A DNA stretch of 64,000 nt from an uncultured Nitrososphaerota archaeon (GTDB lineage Archaea; Thermoproteota; Nitrososphaeria; Nitrososphaerales; Gagatemarchaeaceae): contig CAVRAG010000007.1 in the NCBI GenBank assembly GCA_963718895.1, positions 1-64,000 of the forward strand. Direction: 5' to 3'. The notes beneath the pieces were generated by a model. That model saw only the letters and a list, made by a program, of their open reading frames with translations, ran no database searches and was not told where the DNA came from. A program made the translations under genes and the position numbers. This document shows, one piece after another, positions 12,025 through 22,558 of this stretch. Every line of letters starts with the position of its first letter. The first letter of the stretch is position 1.

Positions 12025-12196
12025 AGGCACGGGGACGACGACGCGCTGGTGCGCGAGCGCCGCGGTACCACCCCGCTTGCCGCGCTCACGCGTGGCCGCT
12101 CGATTGTGGCTGTGACGGGCCTACCCGTTCGGTTCTACTGGGCCAGGTTGCCGGCTGTTCTTCCGAAGGCTCCCCGGTGATGGCCGGATCGATGCC
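12025..12196 (-). promoter_or_regulatory. Translational T-box riboswitch (Ile) of ileS
   Basis: Ultrashort stem I CCGGCC-ATC-ACCGG with the Ile specifier AUC (12179-12181), AGTA/GAA S-turn stem II, T-box GGGTGGTACCGCG (12061-12073) and antisequestrator CGTCCCCG. Confidence 0.95.
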
Positions 12197-12326
12197 GTTG
12201 GATCGATTCTACGGACCGCCGCAAATCCGCTGCTCCAACTCCAAGGGGCTACCTCGCCTCAGGTCAAGCCTGCGGCCGGGTAGCCCCTTGGAGCGTCGAT
12301 TGCTCGCTGTCCATCGACTTGGCCGT

Positions 12327-12566
12327 TCAGGCCTGGACTTCGAGCACACCGACCCGCCACAGCGCCGCGTACACGTGGCGCACCGGAATGCTCAGCAAAC
12401 GAGCGGCGCCGTCCACCAGCGGGTCGCCGCCGAAGAAGGCTGGCTGTCGACCCGGCGCATCGCCTTCTTGGGCGCGGGGGTCTGCGATCGGGGTCGCGTC
12501 GCGCACCACCCTCAGCTTGCGGGCGGGCGCTACGGTCACCACTTCGTCGTACAGAACTGCGGTCAT
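12327..12566 (-). CDS. Rv1535-like small protein
   Basis: 79 aa with DPLVDGAARLLSIPVRHVYAALWRVGVLEV; lies upstream of ileS and downstream of an M-box; AGGAG RBS. Confidence 0.85.
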   Translation of the reverse strand: MTAVLYDEVVTVAPARKLRVVRDATPIADPRAQEGDAPGRQPAFFGGDPLVDGAARLLSIPVRHVYAALWRVGVLEVQA

Positions 12567-12692
12567 GATCGTCTCCTAGACGGAATCTAGACGGAAGTCA
12601 AAACGAGCACTGACTGGACTGACGTGTCCCGTCCCGTACGTGGTTCCGATCCGAGAACGCTTGACCCGTAAGCCGATTAGCGTTGCGACGAC

Positions 12693-12773
12693 TCAGCGAA
12701 GAGCGTCGCGCCGGAGGCCGGATCGGGACGAAACACAGCCCGGACTTCGATCCGGACTATCACTGGAACTCAT
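12693..12773 (-). CDS. Putative 26-aa uORF in the M-box leader (MSSSDSPDRSPGCVSSRSGLRRDALR)
   Basis: Strong SD GAGGAGGTGA about 7 nt before ATG 12773; in-frame TGA at 12693-12695. Confidence 0.5.
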   Translation of the reverse strand: MSSSDSPDRSPGCVSSRSGLRRDALR

Positions 12774-12870
12774 ACGTCCCTCACCTCCTCACGGTCACGA
12801 CGCATGCGGTTGTCCGCACCGATCTACGCGCAGCAAAGGAGTACAGAAACCCGACGACCGTCGGAGATCC

Positions 12871-13035
12871 GCACCCCTCTCGTCAGAGCTTTGGCACCAC
12901 ACGACGTGTCCGGTATCCGGAAGCCACCTGGGCTCAACCCTTAAGCCGGGAGGAGCTGTCCTGACCCGGGGCGTCTTTCGACGTTCGGGGTCAGTGGCCT
13001 GTATTCGTGTAGACGCCTCACCTAACGAGGTGCTT
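12871..13035 (-). promoter_or_regulatory. M-box (ykoK) Mg2+ riboswitch
   Basis: CTCGTTAGGTGAGGC...ACAGGCCACTGACCCC-GAACGTCGAAAGACG...GGCTTAAGG...GTGCCAAAGCTCTGACGAG follows the M-box consensus. Confidence 0.92.
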
Positions 13036-13044
13036 ACCCGACCG

Positions 13045-13073
13045 ATAATGCACGACACCACTGACACGGTCAA
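13045..13073 (-). promoter_or_regulatory. SigA-type promoter for the M-box/Rv1535-like transcript
   Basis: TTGACC-17 nt-CATTAT, about 10 nt upstream of the M-box. Confidence 0.6.
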
Positions 13074-13210
13074 ATTCCTGGACCCGGTGTTTCCGAATCT
13101 TTACGAAATCCTTCACCTGGGCGCACACAGGTAGTCACCAGCTTCGGTGCCGCGCGACCTGGACGAACGCTCATCCGCGCGACATCTCCAAGAGACGAAG
13201 CCGCGGGTGC

Positions 13211-14339
13211 TCACCTCTCGACCAGGCCCTCGAGCCTCCCGATGGTGTCGATGAACTCCTCGACCATGTCGAGCACCACCGCGCGCGTCGGCCGGACCCG
13301 GTCGAGCGAGCCGACCACCTGGCCGACGAAGTAGGTCGCCAGCTCGCGGGCCTTGGCGCCCGGGTGGCCGGCCGCCTGGTTGATGCGCACCTGCGGCTCG
13401 CCGACCAGCGCGGTCTGCAGCGGCATGCCGAGAGGGCTGGGGGTGTCCGGGCCGCTCCCATTCGTCGGTCCAGGCCGTGCGCAGCATCCGCGCCGGCTTG
13501 CCGGTCATCGACCGGGACCGCACGGTGTCCGAGGAGCTGGCGGCCAAGAACTTGTCCTTGACCACCGGCACCGTCTCGGCTTCTTCGGTGGTCAGCCAGA
13601 CCGACCCGCACCACACGCCCTCGGCGCCCAGTGCCAGGGCCGCGGCGATCTGGCGGCCGCGGGCGATGCCGCCGGCGGCCAGCACCGGGACCGGCGCCAC
13701 CGCGTCGACGACTTCGGGGACCAGGACCATGGTCGCCACCTCGCCGGTGTGGCCGCCGGCCTCGGTGCCCTGCGCGACGATCAGGTCGACGCCGGCCGCC
13801 GCGTGCCGCCGCGCGTGCTCGCGTGGTGCCGGCCAGCGCGGCCACCAGCACGTCGTGGTCGTGGGCGCGCTCGACGAGGTCGGCCGGCGGCGGCCCGAGC
13901 GCACTGGCGATCAGCCGGATGTCGTGGGCGAAGGCAACTTCGAGCAGCGGCTCGTAGCCCTTGGGCGAGATGTTGAGCCCGCCGGACGCCCGCACGCGGC
14001 TCGCTCGGCGGGCGCCGCGATGCCGTAGCGGACCAGCAGGTCGTCGACGAACGCGCGGTGCTCCTCGGGCAGCAGTTCGCGGGCCTGCTTCGCGTCGATC
14101 CCGCCCTGTTCGGCGCCGACGTACTTGGGCGGCAACAGCAGATCGACCCCATACGGCTTGCCGCCGGTCTGCTCCTCGATCCAGGTCAGTTCGCTCTCCA
14201 GCCGCTTGGGGCTGTGCGCGACGGCGCCGAGGACCCCGAATCCGCCCGCGTTGGTCACCGCGGCGACCACGTCGCGGCAGTGGCTGAACGCGCAGATCGG
14301 GAACTCAACGCCGAGCATTTCGGCGACTCTGGTTCGCAT
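13211..14339 (-). CDS. Nitronate monooxygenase / FabK-like flavoprotein (Rv1533-like; frameshifted)
   Basis: PICAFSHCRDVVAAVTNAGGFGVLG, VAQGTEAGGHTG and VLAAGGIARG motifs. Confidence 0.88.
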
Positions 14340-14356
14340 TGCCACGACGCTAGGAG

Positions 14357-14999
14357 CTAGTTGATTCGATCATGGTCAATCGCCGACGACTGACGCTCGC
14401 GAGCGCGACTCAGCGAAGGCGAAGGCGGGCGGCCGTCCGGCGGCCAGCTCGACACGCCTTCCTCCAGCGGGACCTCGAGGCTGTGCAGAATCGAGGCGAC
14501 CATGCGCCACGCGCCGATCGCGGTGACGAGTTCGAGGAGAACCGTTGTGTCGCCTCGCAGTTCGCGTTCGCAGGCGGCCCAGCTCTGCGGCACTGACCGC
14601 GCCGTCGCGCACCACGTCGTCGGTGGCCGCCAGCACTGCGCGCTCGACGGGCCCGAACCCGTCATGCGACTCGCCAATCGCGCACGCCGAGCAGGTCGTC
14701 GGCGCGTCACGCCCAGTCTCGGACGCGACGCGCCAGTGCTGCGTCCACTCGTAATCGCAGGCGGTGAGCCAGCCGATCCGCATGATCACCAGTTCGCGCA
14801 ACCGCGGGTCGAGGGAGCCGTGCCAGAGCATGGTGGCGAGCAGGTCGTTGATGGCGCGCGCCAGCGGCGGATGGTTCAGCAGCACCTGGAAGATGCTGAG
14901 CTCGGCCATGTAGTCGGGCACAGCCGCTTCGTCCGCGGCGGCCTTGGCCTCGTCGACCGGCAGCAGGGGCACTCGGGCTGGCTTCTTGGGCGGGGTCAT
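14357..14999 (-). CDS. Carboxymuconolactone decarboxylase/AhpD-family protein (Rv1531-like; frameshifted)
   Basis: LDPRLRELVIMRIGWLTACDYEWTQHW and ERAVLAATD motifs. Confidence 0.85.
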
Positions 15000-15953
15000 G
15001 GCGGACACTCCGTCTACTGGCGGGACACCTGCGCGTTCACCGGTCATGGTAGTCAGCAACTCCAGGGCGGCCGACGAACATGCGCATCCCGACAGCTAAT
15101 CGGCCGGATAACGCCCCACCGCCCGACGCCGAGCGAAAGCCGAGCGAAAAGCCAGGAGAGCCAAGACGAAACCCTGGACGCCGGCGACCGGCGGCGGCCA
15201 CGGCCGCAGTCGGCTCAGCAAGCATCCGATACGGCGTGGCACCGGGTCAGCGGGCCCACCCTCCGGTACCCTGCAACGCCCGTCTCAACTTGCAATGATA
15301 AGAAATTGTTCATTTTCACACGCGGTTCCGTAATGCGCCCTAACATGGCGCGATTGGGCATCTGCGATGCGACGTTTCGACGCATCTATTTTTCCGGCTG
15401 CCTGAACCTTTCTCGGGGTTAGGCTTATTCGCTGCTCGATGGTCGGCCGATCGTTAGCAAGCCTACGCTTCTGCCCCCCTCCTCCCCGTTACACGACGTC
15501 GGCCCGCATACGGGCCACCGTGAGTCGTCGGTCCCCCGGCTGCGCTTTCGCCCAGCGGGGCGAAAAGATCAGCACGATGCGAACATCCCGGACGCCGTTG
15601 GCACACAACGCCTCTAGCTGCGGCTATAACATCACCGTAACGCGAAGGTCACGATCTGAACCTCTTGAGTGTTGGATCAGTCACACTTCGAAAGCCACTC
15701 CCACGCATGGGAACCGTGTTAATTTTTTTTGTACGTACGCCCGATTTTTCCACGTGCTTCGAGCTAAGCCGCTACGCTCCTGAACGGGTAACTACTTAAG
15801 TTTCGTTCGATAGGGGGGTCGTGGGGTTTTCGCGCGGGGTGCGGGGCACTTCGCAGCTTCGGACAGAAAAACTCGGCGATATTTCTCGAAGCCCTGATAA
15901 GAGCTTCCAGCAGTGATATGAACTTGTGCATAGGCAAGGAGAGGTGAAGGCGA

Positions 15954-18900
15954 GTGGATAGGGCAGGAGCGACTCCGGTAGCTGTCATCGGGATGGCATG
16001 CCGGCTGCCGGGAGGCATCAACTCCCCTGACCTCTTTTGGGAAGCGTTGCTGCGGGGGGATGACCTTGTCAAGGAAGTTCCCGGCGACCGTTGGGATGTC
16101 GACTACTACTACGACCCCGAGCCGGGTGTTCCCGGGCGGTCCGTCTGCAAGTGGGGCGCGTTCCTGAACGACGTGGGCGACTTCGACCCCGAGTTCTTCG
16201 GCATCACCGAAAAAGAAGCCACGGCGATGGACCCCCAGCACCGGCTGCTCATGGAAACCGCCTGGGAGGCCATGGAACACGCCGGTCTCACCAAGGACAC
16301 CATCGACAAGCAGACCGGCGTCTTCGTCGGATTGAATTACGGCGACTACCAATTCGTGCACGCCGCCACCGACGCCTTCGACGGGCCGTACGGAAATCCC
16401 GGCACGATCTCCTGCATGGCGTCTGGGCGGATCTCCTACGCGCTCGGGCTTCATGGCCCCGCGTCCACCGTGGACACCGCTTGCTCCTCGGGTCTGTTCG
16501 CCATCCACCAGGCCTGCCGCAGCCTGAACGACGGCGAAAGCGAGCTGGCGTTCGCCGGCGGCGTCAACGTGATGATGGAGCCGCGCAGGTCGGCCTCGGC
16601 GTCGGCGGGCGGCATGCTGTCGGGCACCGGACACTGCTTTGCGTTCGACGTCAAGGCCGACGGCTTCGTGTCCGGCGAGGGCTGCGTGGTGCTGCTGCTC
16701 AAGCGCCTGCCGGATGCGCAGCGGGACGGCGACCGGATCCTGGGTGTGATCCGCGCCACGGCCGCCAACCAGGACGGCCACACCATGAACATCGCGATGC
16801 CCTCGGGCGAGGCGCAGGCCGCGGTGTACCGCGCGGCGCTCGCCGCGGCGGGCGTGGACGCCGGGACCGTCGGGATGGTCGAGGCGCACGGCACCGGCAC
16901 ACCGGTCGGTGACCCGATCGAATTCTCGAGCCTCGCCGAGGTGTACGGCATCGGCAATCCCTGCGTGCTCGGGGCTTCGAAGACCAACTTCGGGCACACC
17001 CAGGCCGCCGCCGGTGCGCTCGGGATGATGAAGGCGGTCTTGTCCGTCCAGCACGGTGTGGTCCCCAAGAACCTTCACTTCGAGGCCCTGCCCGACGAGA
17101 TGGCCCGGATTGAGACCGGACTGTTCGTGCCGCAGGACACCACGCCGTGGCCGCTGGGCGGCGGTCAGCCCCGGCGTGCGGCGGTGTCGGCGTACGGCAT
17201 CTCCGGAACGAACGTGCACGCCATCATCGAGCAGGCCCCGGTGCCCCTTTCCCGCAACGGCGCGGCCGACCTGCCGAGCCGCGACGGCGAAGATGCTGTT
17301 CCCGCTGTCGTCGACGTCGGCCGAGGGACTGCGCGACACCGCCGGGCGACTGGCCGACTGGGTCGAGGCGCAGGGGTGCAAGCTGGCGACGCCAGACCTC
17401 GCCTACACGCTCGCTCGCCGGCGCGGACACCGGTCGGTGCGGACGACGGTGTTGGCCGGCAACAACGCAGAGCTGGTTGCGGCGCTGCGAGAGGTCGCCA
17501 ACGGGGACGCTCTCTACCAGGAAGTGGTCGGCCAGGAGGAACGGGGCCCGGTTTGGGTGTTCTCCGGCCAGGGATCGCAGTGGGCCGCGATGGGCGCGGA
17601 CCTGCTGGCCAACGAACCCGCGTTCGCCGCGGCCATCGCCCGGCTCGAGCCGCTGATCGCCACGGAGTCCGGCTTTTCGGTGACCGAGGCGCTGACCGCT
17701 GCCGAGAAGGTGACCGGCATCGACCGGGTGCAGCCGACCATCTTCGCCATGCAGGTCGCGCTGGGGGCCACGATGAAGTCCTACGGGGTCCGGCCGGGCG
17801 CCGTCATCGGCCACTCGATGGGTGAGGCCGCCGCCGCGGTGGTCGCGGGAGCGCTTTCGCTCGAGGACGGTGTGCGCGTCATCTGCCGCCGCTCGAGACT
17901 CATGACCAAGATCGCCGGATCCGGCGCGATGGCGTCGGTGGAATTGCCCGCCCAGCAGGTGCTCTCCGAGCTGATGGCCCGCGGTGTCGACGACGCCGTG
18001 GTCGCGGTGGTGGCGTCTCCGCAGTCCACCGTGATCGGCGGTGCGACCGAGACGGTCCGCGAGCTGGTTGCGGCGTGGGAGCAGCGCGAGGTGATGGCCC
18101 GCGAGGTGGCCGTCGACGTGGCATCGCACTCGCCGCAGGTCGATCCGATCCTCGACGAGCTGTACGACGTGCTGGCGGAGATCGAGCCGCTGACCCCGGA
18201 GATTCCGTACTATTCGGCCACCTCGTTCGACCCGCGCGAGGAGCCGTACTGCGACGCCAACTACTGGGTGGACAACCTGCGCCACACGGTTCGGTTCTCC
18301 GCCGCGGTGCAGGCGGCGCTGGAAGACGGCTACCGGGTGTTCGGTGAGCTGTCACCGCACCCGCTGCTGACCCTGGCAGTCGACCAGACCGCCCGCAGCC
18401 TCGACATGACGGTGGCGGCCCTTGCCGCCATGCGCCGCGAGCAGCCGCTGCCCGACGGGATGCGCGGCTTGCTGGGCGACCTGTTCGCCACCGGTGCCAC
18501 GGTCGACTTCTCCGTGCTCTACCCCAGCGGGCACCTCGTCGACGCTCCGCTGGCGTCCTGGACCCACCGGACCTTGCTGTTGAGCCGCGAAGGGCACAGC
18601 TCGGGCGCGCTGCGTACCAGCGTCGCGGTGCACCCGCTGCATGGGTCAGCACGTGCGCCTGCCCGAGGAGCCGGAACGCCACGTCTGGCAGGCCGAGATC
18701 GGCACCGCGACGCTGCCCTGGCTGGCCGATCACCAGGTCCACGGCACGGCCGCCCTTCCGGGGGCCGCCTACTGCGAGATGGCGCTGGCCGCGGCCCGCA
18801 CCGTCTTCGGCGAGGCGTCCGGGGTTCGCGATGTCCGCTTCGAGCAGATGCTGCTTCTGGATGACGAGACCCAGATCAGCCTCACCGCCACCGAGGAGGT

Positions 18901-19182
18901 GCCGGGCACCCTCACCTTTGCGGTGGAGACCAACCAGGACGGGGTGCAGGCACGCCGCGCTTCGCGCGGTCCTGCACGCCCTGGAGAAGGACGCTGCGGA
19001 AGACAACCAGCCCCCCACCCACGACCTCGAGGCGCTGCTGGCCGCGCACCCCAGCCGCATCGAAGGCTCCGACCTTCGAGACGCCCTGGACATGTGCGGG
19101 ATTCAGTACGGTCCGGCCTTCACGGGCCTGGCCGCCGCGCACACCGCCGAAGAAACCGGCACCTCGGTGCTGGCCGAGATCG
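15954..19182 (+). CDS. pks5: Mas/Pks5-like type I polyketide synthase, KS-AT-DH part only (truncated at the junction; frameshifted)
   Basis: KS motifs DTACSSG, HGTGT and KTNFGH; AT motifs GHSMG and VASHS (Mas-like); DH motif [14 protein letters not shown]. Position and orientation relative to ileS match pks5 synteny. ER/KR/ACP are absent because the sequence switches. Confidence 0.85.
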
Positions 19183-19190
19183 TTGAACCT
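19175..19190. other. Junction between mycobacterial and archaeal sequence
   Basis: PKS homology stops at SVLAEI(V). From there the DNA is the 3' part of an opposite-strand gene with archaeal codon usage, and both genes lack their natural ends. Confidence 0.9.
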
Positions 19191-19683
19191 CGGGCTGGGC
19201 TGGATACTCGTCGGTCCTGGTCTCCTGACGCGGCGACCAAGGCGAGGGCATTACCGGGACCTGATACGGAACTGACTTGTCGACGGGCGCTTTCAGTCCG
19301 GGATGCGGTTCTAGCCTCTTGTCCTGCTTTGCCTTCGCCGAAGGTCCACTGGCGGACAGCGGCTGTCCCGCGCCCTGTGGCACGCCCTCCATCATCTCAA
19401 CCCTTTCTCGGCTGTACTCCCGGACTGGCCCCTCCATCTCGAGCAGCTCCTGCCTCCTTATGCCGTCCAGCCCCTTTGCCACGAGCCCGTAGCCAAGGGC
19501 CGCCATGACGCCGAGGAAGACCGCTTCGAGAGCCGCGTCCTCGAGCAAGGCGTTCGTGTTGACGGTCGTGGTGACGACCTTCTGCAGGGTGCTTACGATC
19601 AGGTAGGCTTCATAGAACGCTACTATCAGTAGGACGATTCCGATGACCGCGGCGCCGGTCCCAAAGACGAGTAGCCTCCGCAA
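19183..19683 (-). CDS. Two-TM membrane protein with Pro/Gln-rich tail (3' end lost at the junction)
   Basis: Two hydrophobic helices in ORF 19120..19683; TATA-like TTTAATATA at about 19725-19733. Confidence 0.65.
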
Positions 19684-19787
19684 TTGCCATAATCGCCAGA
19701 TTATCAGGGCGCCTATTCGGCCGCTATATTAAATCTCTCTCCAGATTGGAGCCTAGACGGGGGGATGCACCGTCCCGGCGGCTCGCT

Positions 19788-20027
19788 CTAGCGCTTTCTG
19801 CGAACTACCAGGAACGCTGCGAAGAGCACCAGGGCAAGGAAGGCTCCTTCGACCGTCAGGTACATGAAGGCGCCAGAGCTGCCGAGGATGCTGCTCACGG
19901 TGTTCAACTCCGTCACCAGCTGGTAGAGGAGGTAGGAGAACGAGATGCTGAATCCCACGACCACGGTCACGACCGCGGCCGAGATTATCTTCATCATGTC
20001 AGTGGCCCGGAGGCGCAGGCTGAACAT
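19788..20027 (-). CDS. Small two-TM membrane protein (paralog of 20118..20390)
   Basis: 79 aa; KIISAAVVTVVVGFSISFSYLLYQ. Confidence 0.7.
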   Translation of the reverse strand: MFSLRLRATDMMKIISAAVVTVVVGFSISFSYLLYQLVTELNTVSSILGSSGAFMYLTVEGAFLALVLFAAFLVVRRKR

Positions 20028-20117
20028 GGACGCGGGGACGCCTAGGGCGGTAGTTAAGTGTTTAGAACTTACATGAAGTATATAAGGTCAAATGGTGTGG
20101 ACTCTGACCGGCCTTCA

Positions 20118-20390
20118 TCAGTCTACTTCGATGAAGTCGACTTCGACCGTGGGGTGCCGCAGGGCGGAGGTGAAGACATAAGCCCCTCCGTAGAGCATCA
20201 GGACGAAGAACGCGGCCAGCAGGGAGATGTACTCGTACCCGGTGAAGGAAGAGCTCAGGTTGACCGACGTGCTGACAAGGGAGAACGACTGGTAGATCAG
20301 GTATCCGAAGGAGACGCCGAACGCGACGACCACGAGTATCAGCGCCGCTGAGATCAGCTTTACTATGAGCCTCGGTCTCCTGAAATACAT
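20118..20390 (-). CDS. Small two-TM membrane protein (paralog of 19788..20027)
   Basis: 90 aa; KLISAALILVVVAFGVSFGYLIYQ; TATA-like TATAAATA about 27 nt upstream (leaderless). Confidence 0.7.
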   Translation of the reverse strand: MYFRRPRLIVKLISAALILVVVAFGVSFGYLIYQSFSLVSTSVNLSSSFTGYEYISLLAAFFVLMLYGGAYVFTSALRHPTVEVDFIEVD

Positions 20391-20506
20391 AAACGCAATA
20401 AGAGCGGCAAAAACTCTATTTATACCTGAGCTGTCATTCGCACGGCACTTGTGGACAAAGCTTTATGTAATATCTAACTCTGTGCGCCAACCTGAGGAGT
20501 AAAACA

Positions 20507-21373
20507 ATGTCTCGGCGCCCAGCGGTCGAACCGACACCGACAAAACCTTTTAAGTCGAATCGGCCGCAAGCCCAGTACGAGGCCGCCAGACGTTCTATGA
20601 CAGGAAAAGGACAGTCATCCATCCCAGACCATGCTCCAGTTCAAATGGGGATGTCGGATTTCGGGCTGATGGGCATCGGGTACATACTCGGCGGAGGGTT
20701 CCCCACCAACAGCGTCTACCTCCTCACCGGCGACCCGGGCACCTTCTACGCGACCTTCGCCCAGCAGGCGCTGTACAACGCCGCCAAGCAGAAGACCAAG
20801 GTCGTCTATTACATTTCAGAGTCCACGAGCGACGACATAATCCAGGACATGAACACGTTCAAGTGGGACCTGTCCGAGGCCATGGACGACGGGACCTGGG
20901 TCTTCTCCCGCGTCCTCCCGCCGCAGCTAAAGTCCGTAGCCAACAACACCCCGGAGGACCCGAGGGAGCAGAGGATCGACCTGCCCCCGAACTCGCTCCA
21001 CGCGCTCCGGGACGACTTCCTCCAGAAGCTCAACGAGGGAAGGTGGTCCGCCCTCTCGCTCTCCTACCTCATGAAGAGCTACCACGAAGACGAGATAACA
21101 GACCTCATCATGTTCATGGTCAGCGCCGCCCACAACCTCGGCGGCGTCCACTTCATCCTCCTGCCCAAGGGCATCCACGACGAGAGCAAGGTGGCCTACA
21201 TCAAGAGCCTCGTCGACGGGGTGCTCTCCTTCAAGTTCGCCCAGGGGTTCGAGCAGGCGGAGGGGGAGATCGACATCGAGAAGCTCCGGAGGGTCATCCC
21301 GAAGGTGAAGATCATCCGCCACGCGGTCCAGGACAACGGATTAGCTATTGAGACGACCGCAAGGGTCGGATAA
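20507..21373 (+). CDS. KaiC/RAD55-like RecA-superfamily protein with degenerate Walker motifs (start uncertain)
   Basis: GGGFPTNSVYLLTGDPGTFYATFAQQALYNAAK, SLVDGVLSF, IEKLRR and the C-terminal GLAIET follow the KaiC-domain pattern. Confidence 0.85.
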   Translation: MSRRPAVEPTPTKPFKSNRPQAQYEAARRSMTGKGQSSIPDHAPVQMGMSDFGLMGIGYILGGGFPTNSVYLLTGDPGTFYATFAQQALYNAAKQKTKVVYYISESTSDDIIQDMNTFKWDLSEAMDDGTWVFSRVLPPQLKSVANNTPEDPREQRIDLPPNSLHALRDDFLQKLNEGRWSALSLSYLMKSYHEDEITDLIMFMVSAAHNLGGVHFILLPKGIHDESKVAYIKSLVDGVLSFKFAQGFEQAEGEIDIEKLRRVIPKVKIIRHAVQDNGLAIETTARVG

Positions 21374-21596
21374 GGCTAAATTTCTCACGAAACTCGGCGA
21401 TAACATAGCAGTCCGTACGCTGACACTATGTGTAGTCCAAACCTATAAAAGCAACTCATTGGACGGGACATTCGGGCGTGCTCGATTTGAAGATTGGAGC
21501 TGCACGGACGTGACAGGCTGTATTGTCACGCGTCTGTTCGCTGCCGGTTTCCCAGGACACTCCGTCGCCCACAACGAAGGAGCGTGGAGCTAGGCC

Positions 21597-21884
21597 ATGT
21601 CGCTCGGGGGTTCGATGATGATGGGGATGTCGCCTGGAGAGTTCGTCGAGACCATCGAGTCGAAGGGCATCCGCGGTCCCAGCCTGTCTTCGCTCATCAG
21701 GACGGCGTTGAACGACCTTCTTGGCGAGATCTCTGCAACGGCTTCGCTGGCCTACGTAGGCGACGCCCAGGACGGGGACATCGCGAGCTTCGCGACGAGG
21801 GCGGACGAGCTGTTCGGCTCGAGCGCGCCGCTGATTTTCAGCCACATAGTCGTGATGGCCGAGAAGAAGGACAAGAACTTCTGA
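21597..21884 (+). CDS. Small helical protein resembling DUF3227/NitrOD5-type KaiC-associated domain
   Basis: IRTALNDLLGE...FATRADELFGSSAPLIFSHIV pattern, recognised by eye. Confidence 0.55.
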   Translation: MSLGGSMMMGMSPGEFVETIESKGIRGPSLSSLIRTALNDLLGEISATASLAYVGDAQDGDIASFATRADELFGSSAPLIFSHIVVMAEKKDKNF

Positions 21885-21943
21885 ACAAGCGAACCCGACC
21901 AACCCTTTAAGCACCTCTCGCAAACCCCGGGGCGAATCCAGCC

Positions 21944-22558
21944 GTGATCATCGGTCCTGCTCTATCCGGCGGTCTACGGCTCGCGCTGGACGGCATCACG
22001 ATACTCTTCATCGTCGCCGCCGTAGTGGTCGGCTACTTCCTGTGGCCCTTCCTGAAGGGCGCGGGCTACGAGCCGGTGCCCGGGAGGATACTCGCCAGGA
22101 TGATAGAGCTCTCCGCGCCGAGGAAGGGGCAGAGGGTCTACGACCTCGGCTCGGGGTTCGGCCGGATCATCATCAGGGTCGCCCAGGAGACGGGCGCGAC
22201 GTGCACCGGGGTCGAGGTCGACCCCACCAAGGTCTGGTGGACCCGCAGGGTCATCCGCAGCAAGGGCCTGGGCGGGCAGGTCGACGTCGTGAAGTCGAAC
22301 CTGCTCGACGCGGACATCTCCCAGGCGGACTTTGTCTTCACGTTCCTCTGGGAGGGCATAATGCAGAAGGTCGCCGAGAAGGCCGTCAAGGAGATGAAGC
22401 CCGGTGCCATGATCGTCTCGTACTACCACAAGATTCTCGGGTGGAAGCCGGAGAAGGAAGACGCGAAGAACCGGATATACCTGTACAGGATACCGGAAGG
22501 AAGCACCATCCCATCTTTTGGTGATTCGAATGACCGTCCCGCCATGGGTGATACCTAG
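21944..22558 (+). CDS. Membrane-anchored class I methyltransferase (FAM173/DOT1-like)
   Basis: N-terminal TM helix, YEPVP, VYDLGSGFGRII, GVEVD and EMKPGAMIVS. Confidence 0.85.
   Translation: MIIGPALSGGLRLALDGITILFIVAAVVVGYFLWPFLKGAGYEPVPGRILARMIELSAPRKGQRVYDLGSGFGRIIIRVAQETGATCTGVEVDPTKVWWTRRVIRSKGLGGQVDVVKSNLLDADISQADFVFTFLWEGIMQKVAEKAVKEMKPGAMIVSYYHKILGWKPEKEDAKNRIYLYRIPEGSTIPSFGDSNDRPAMGDT

Noticed and set aside
15792-17381. 529-aa minus-strand ORF and many other long antisense or alternate-frame ORFs
   Set aside because: These are shadow ORFs of high-GC genes with no recognisable motifs.
1800-19182. Mass pseudogenisation or programmed frameshifting of mycobacterial genes
   Set aside because: Indels hit essential genes (ileS, lspA) as often as others, and the protein motifs are otherwise undiverged. 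This is the signature of uncorrected long-read error.
15954-19683. Horizontal transfer of a PKS into an archaeon, or a PKS-membrane protein fusion
   Set aside because: Both genes are truncated at the join, no mobility signal is present, and the left side is ordinary mycobacterial chromosome. A chimera is far more parsimonious.
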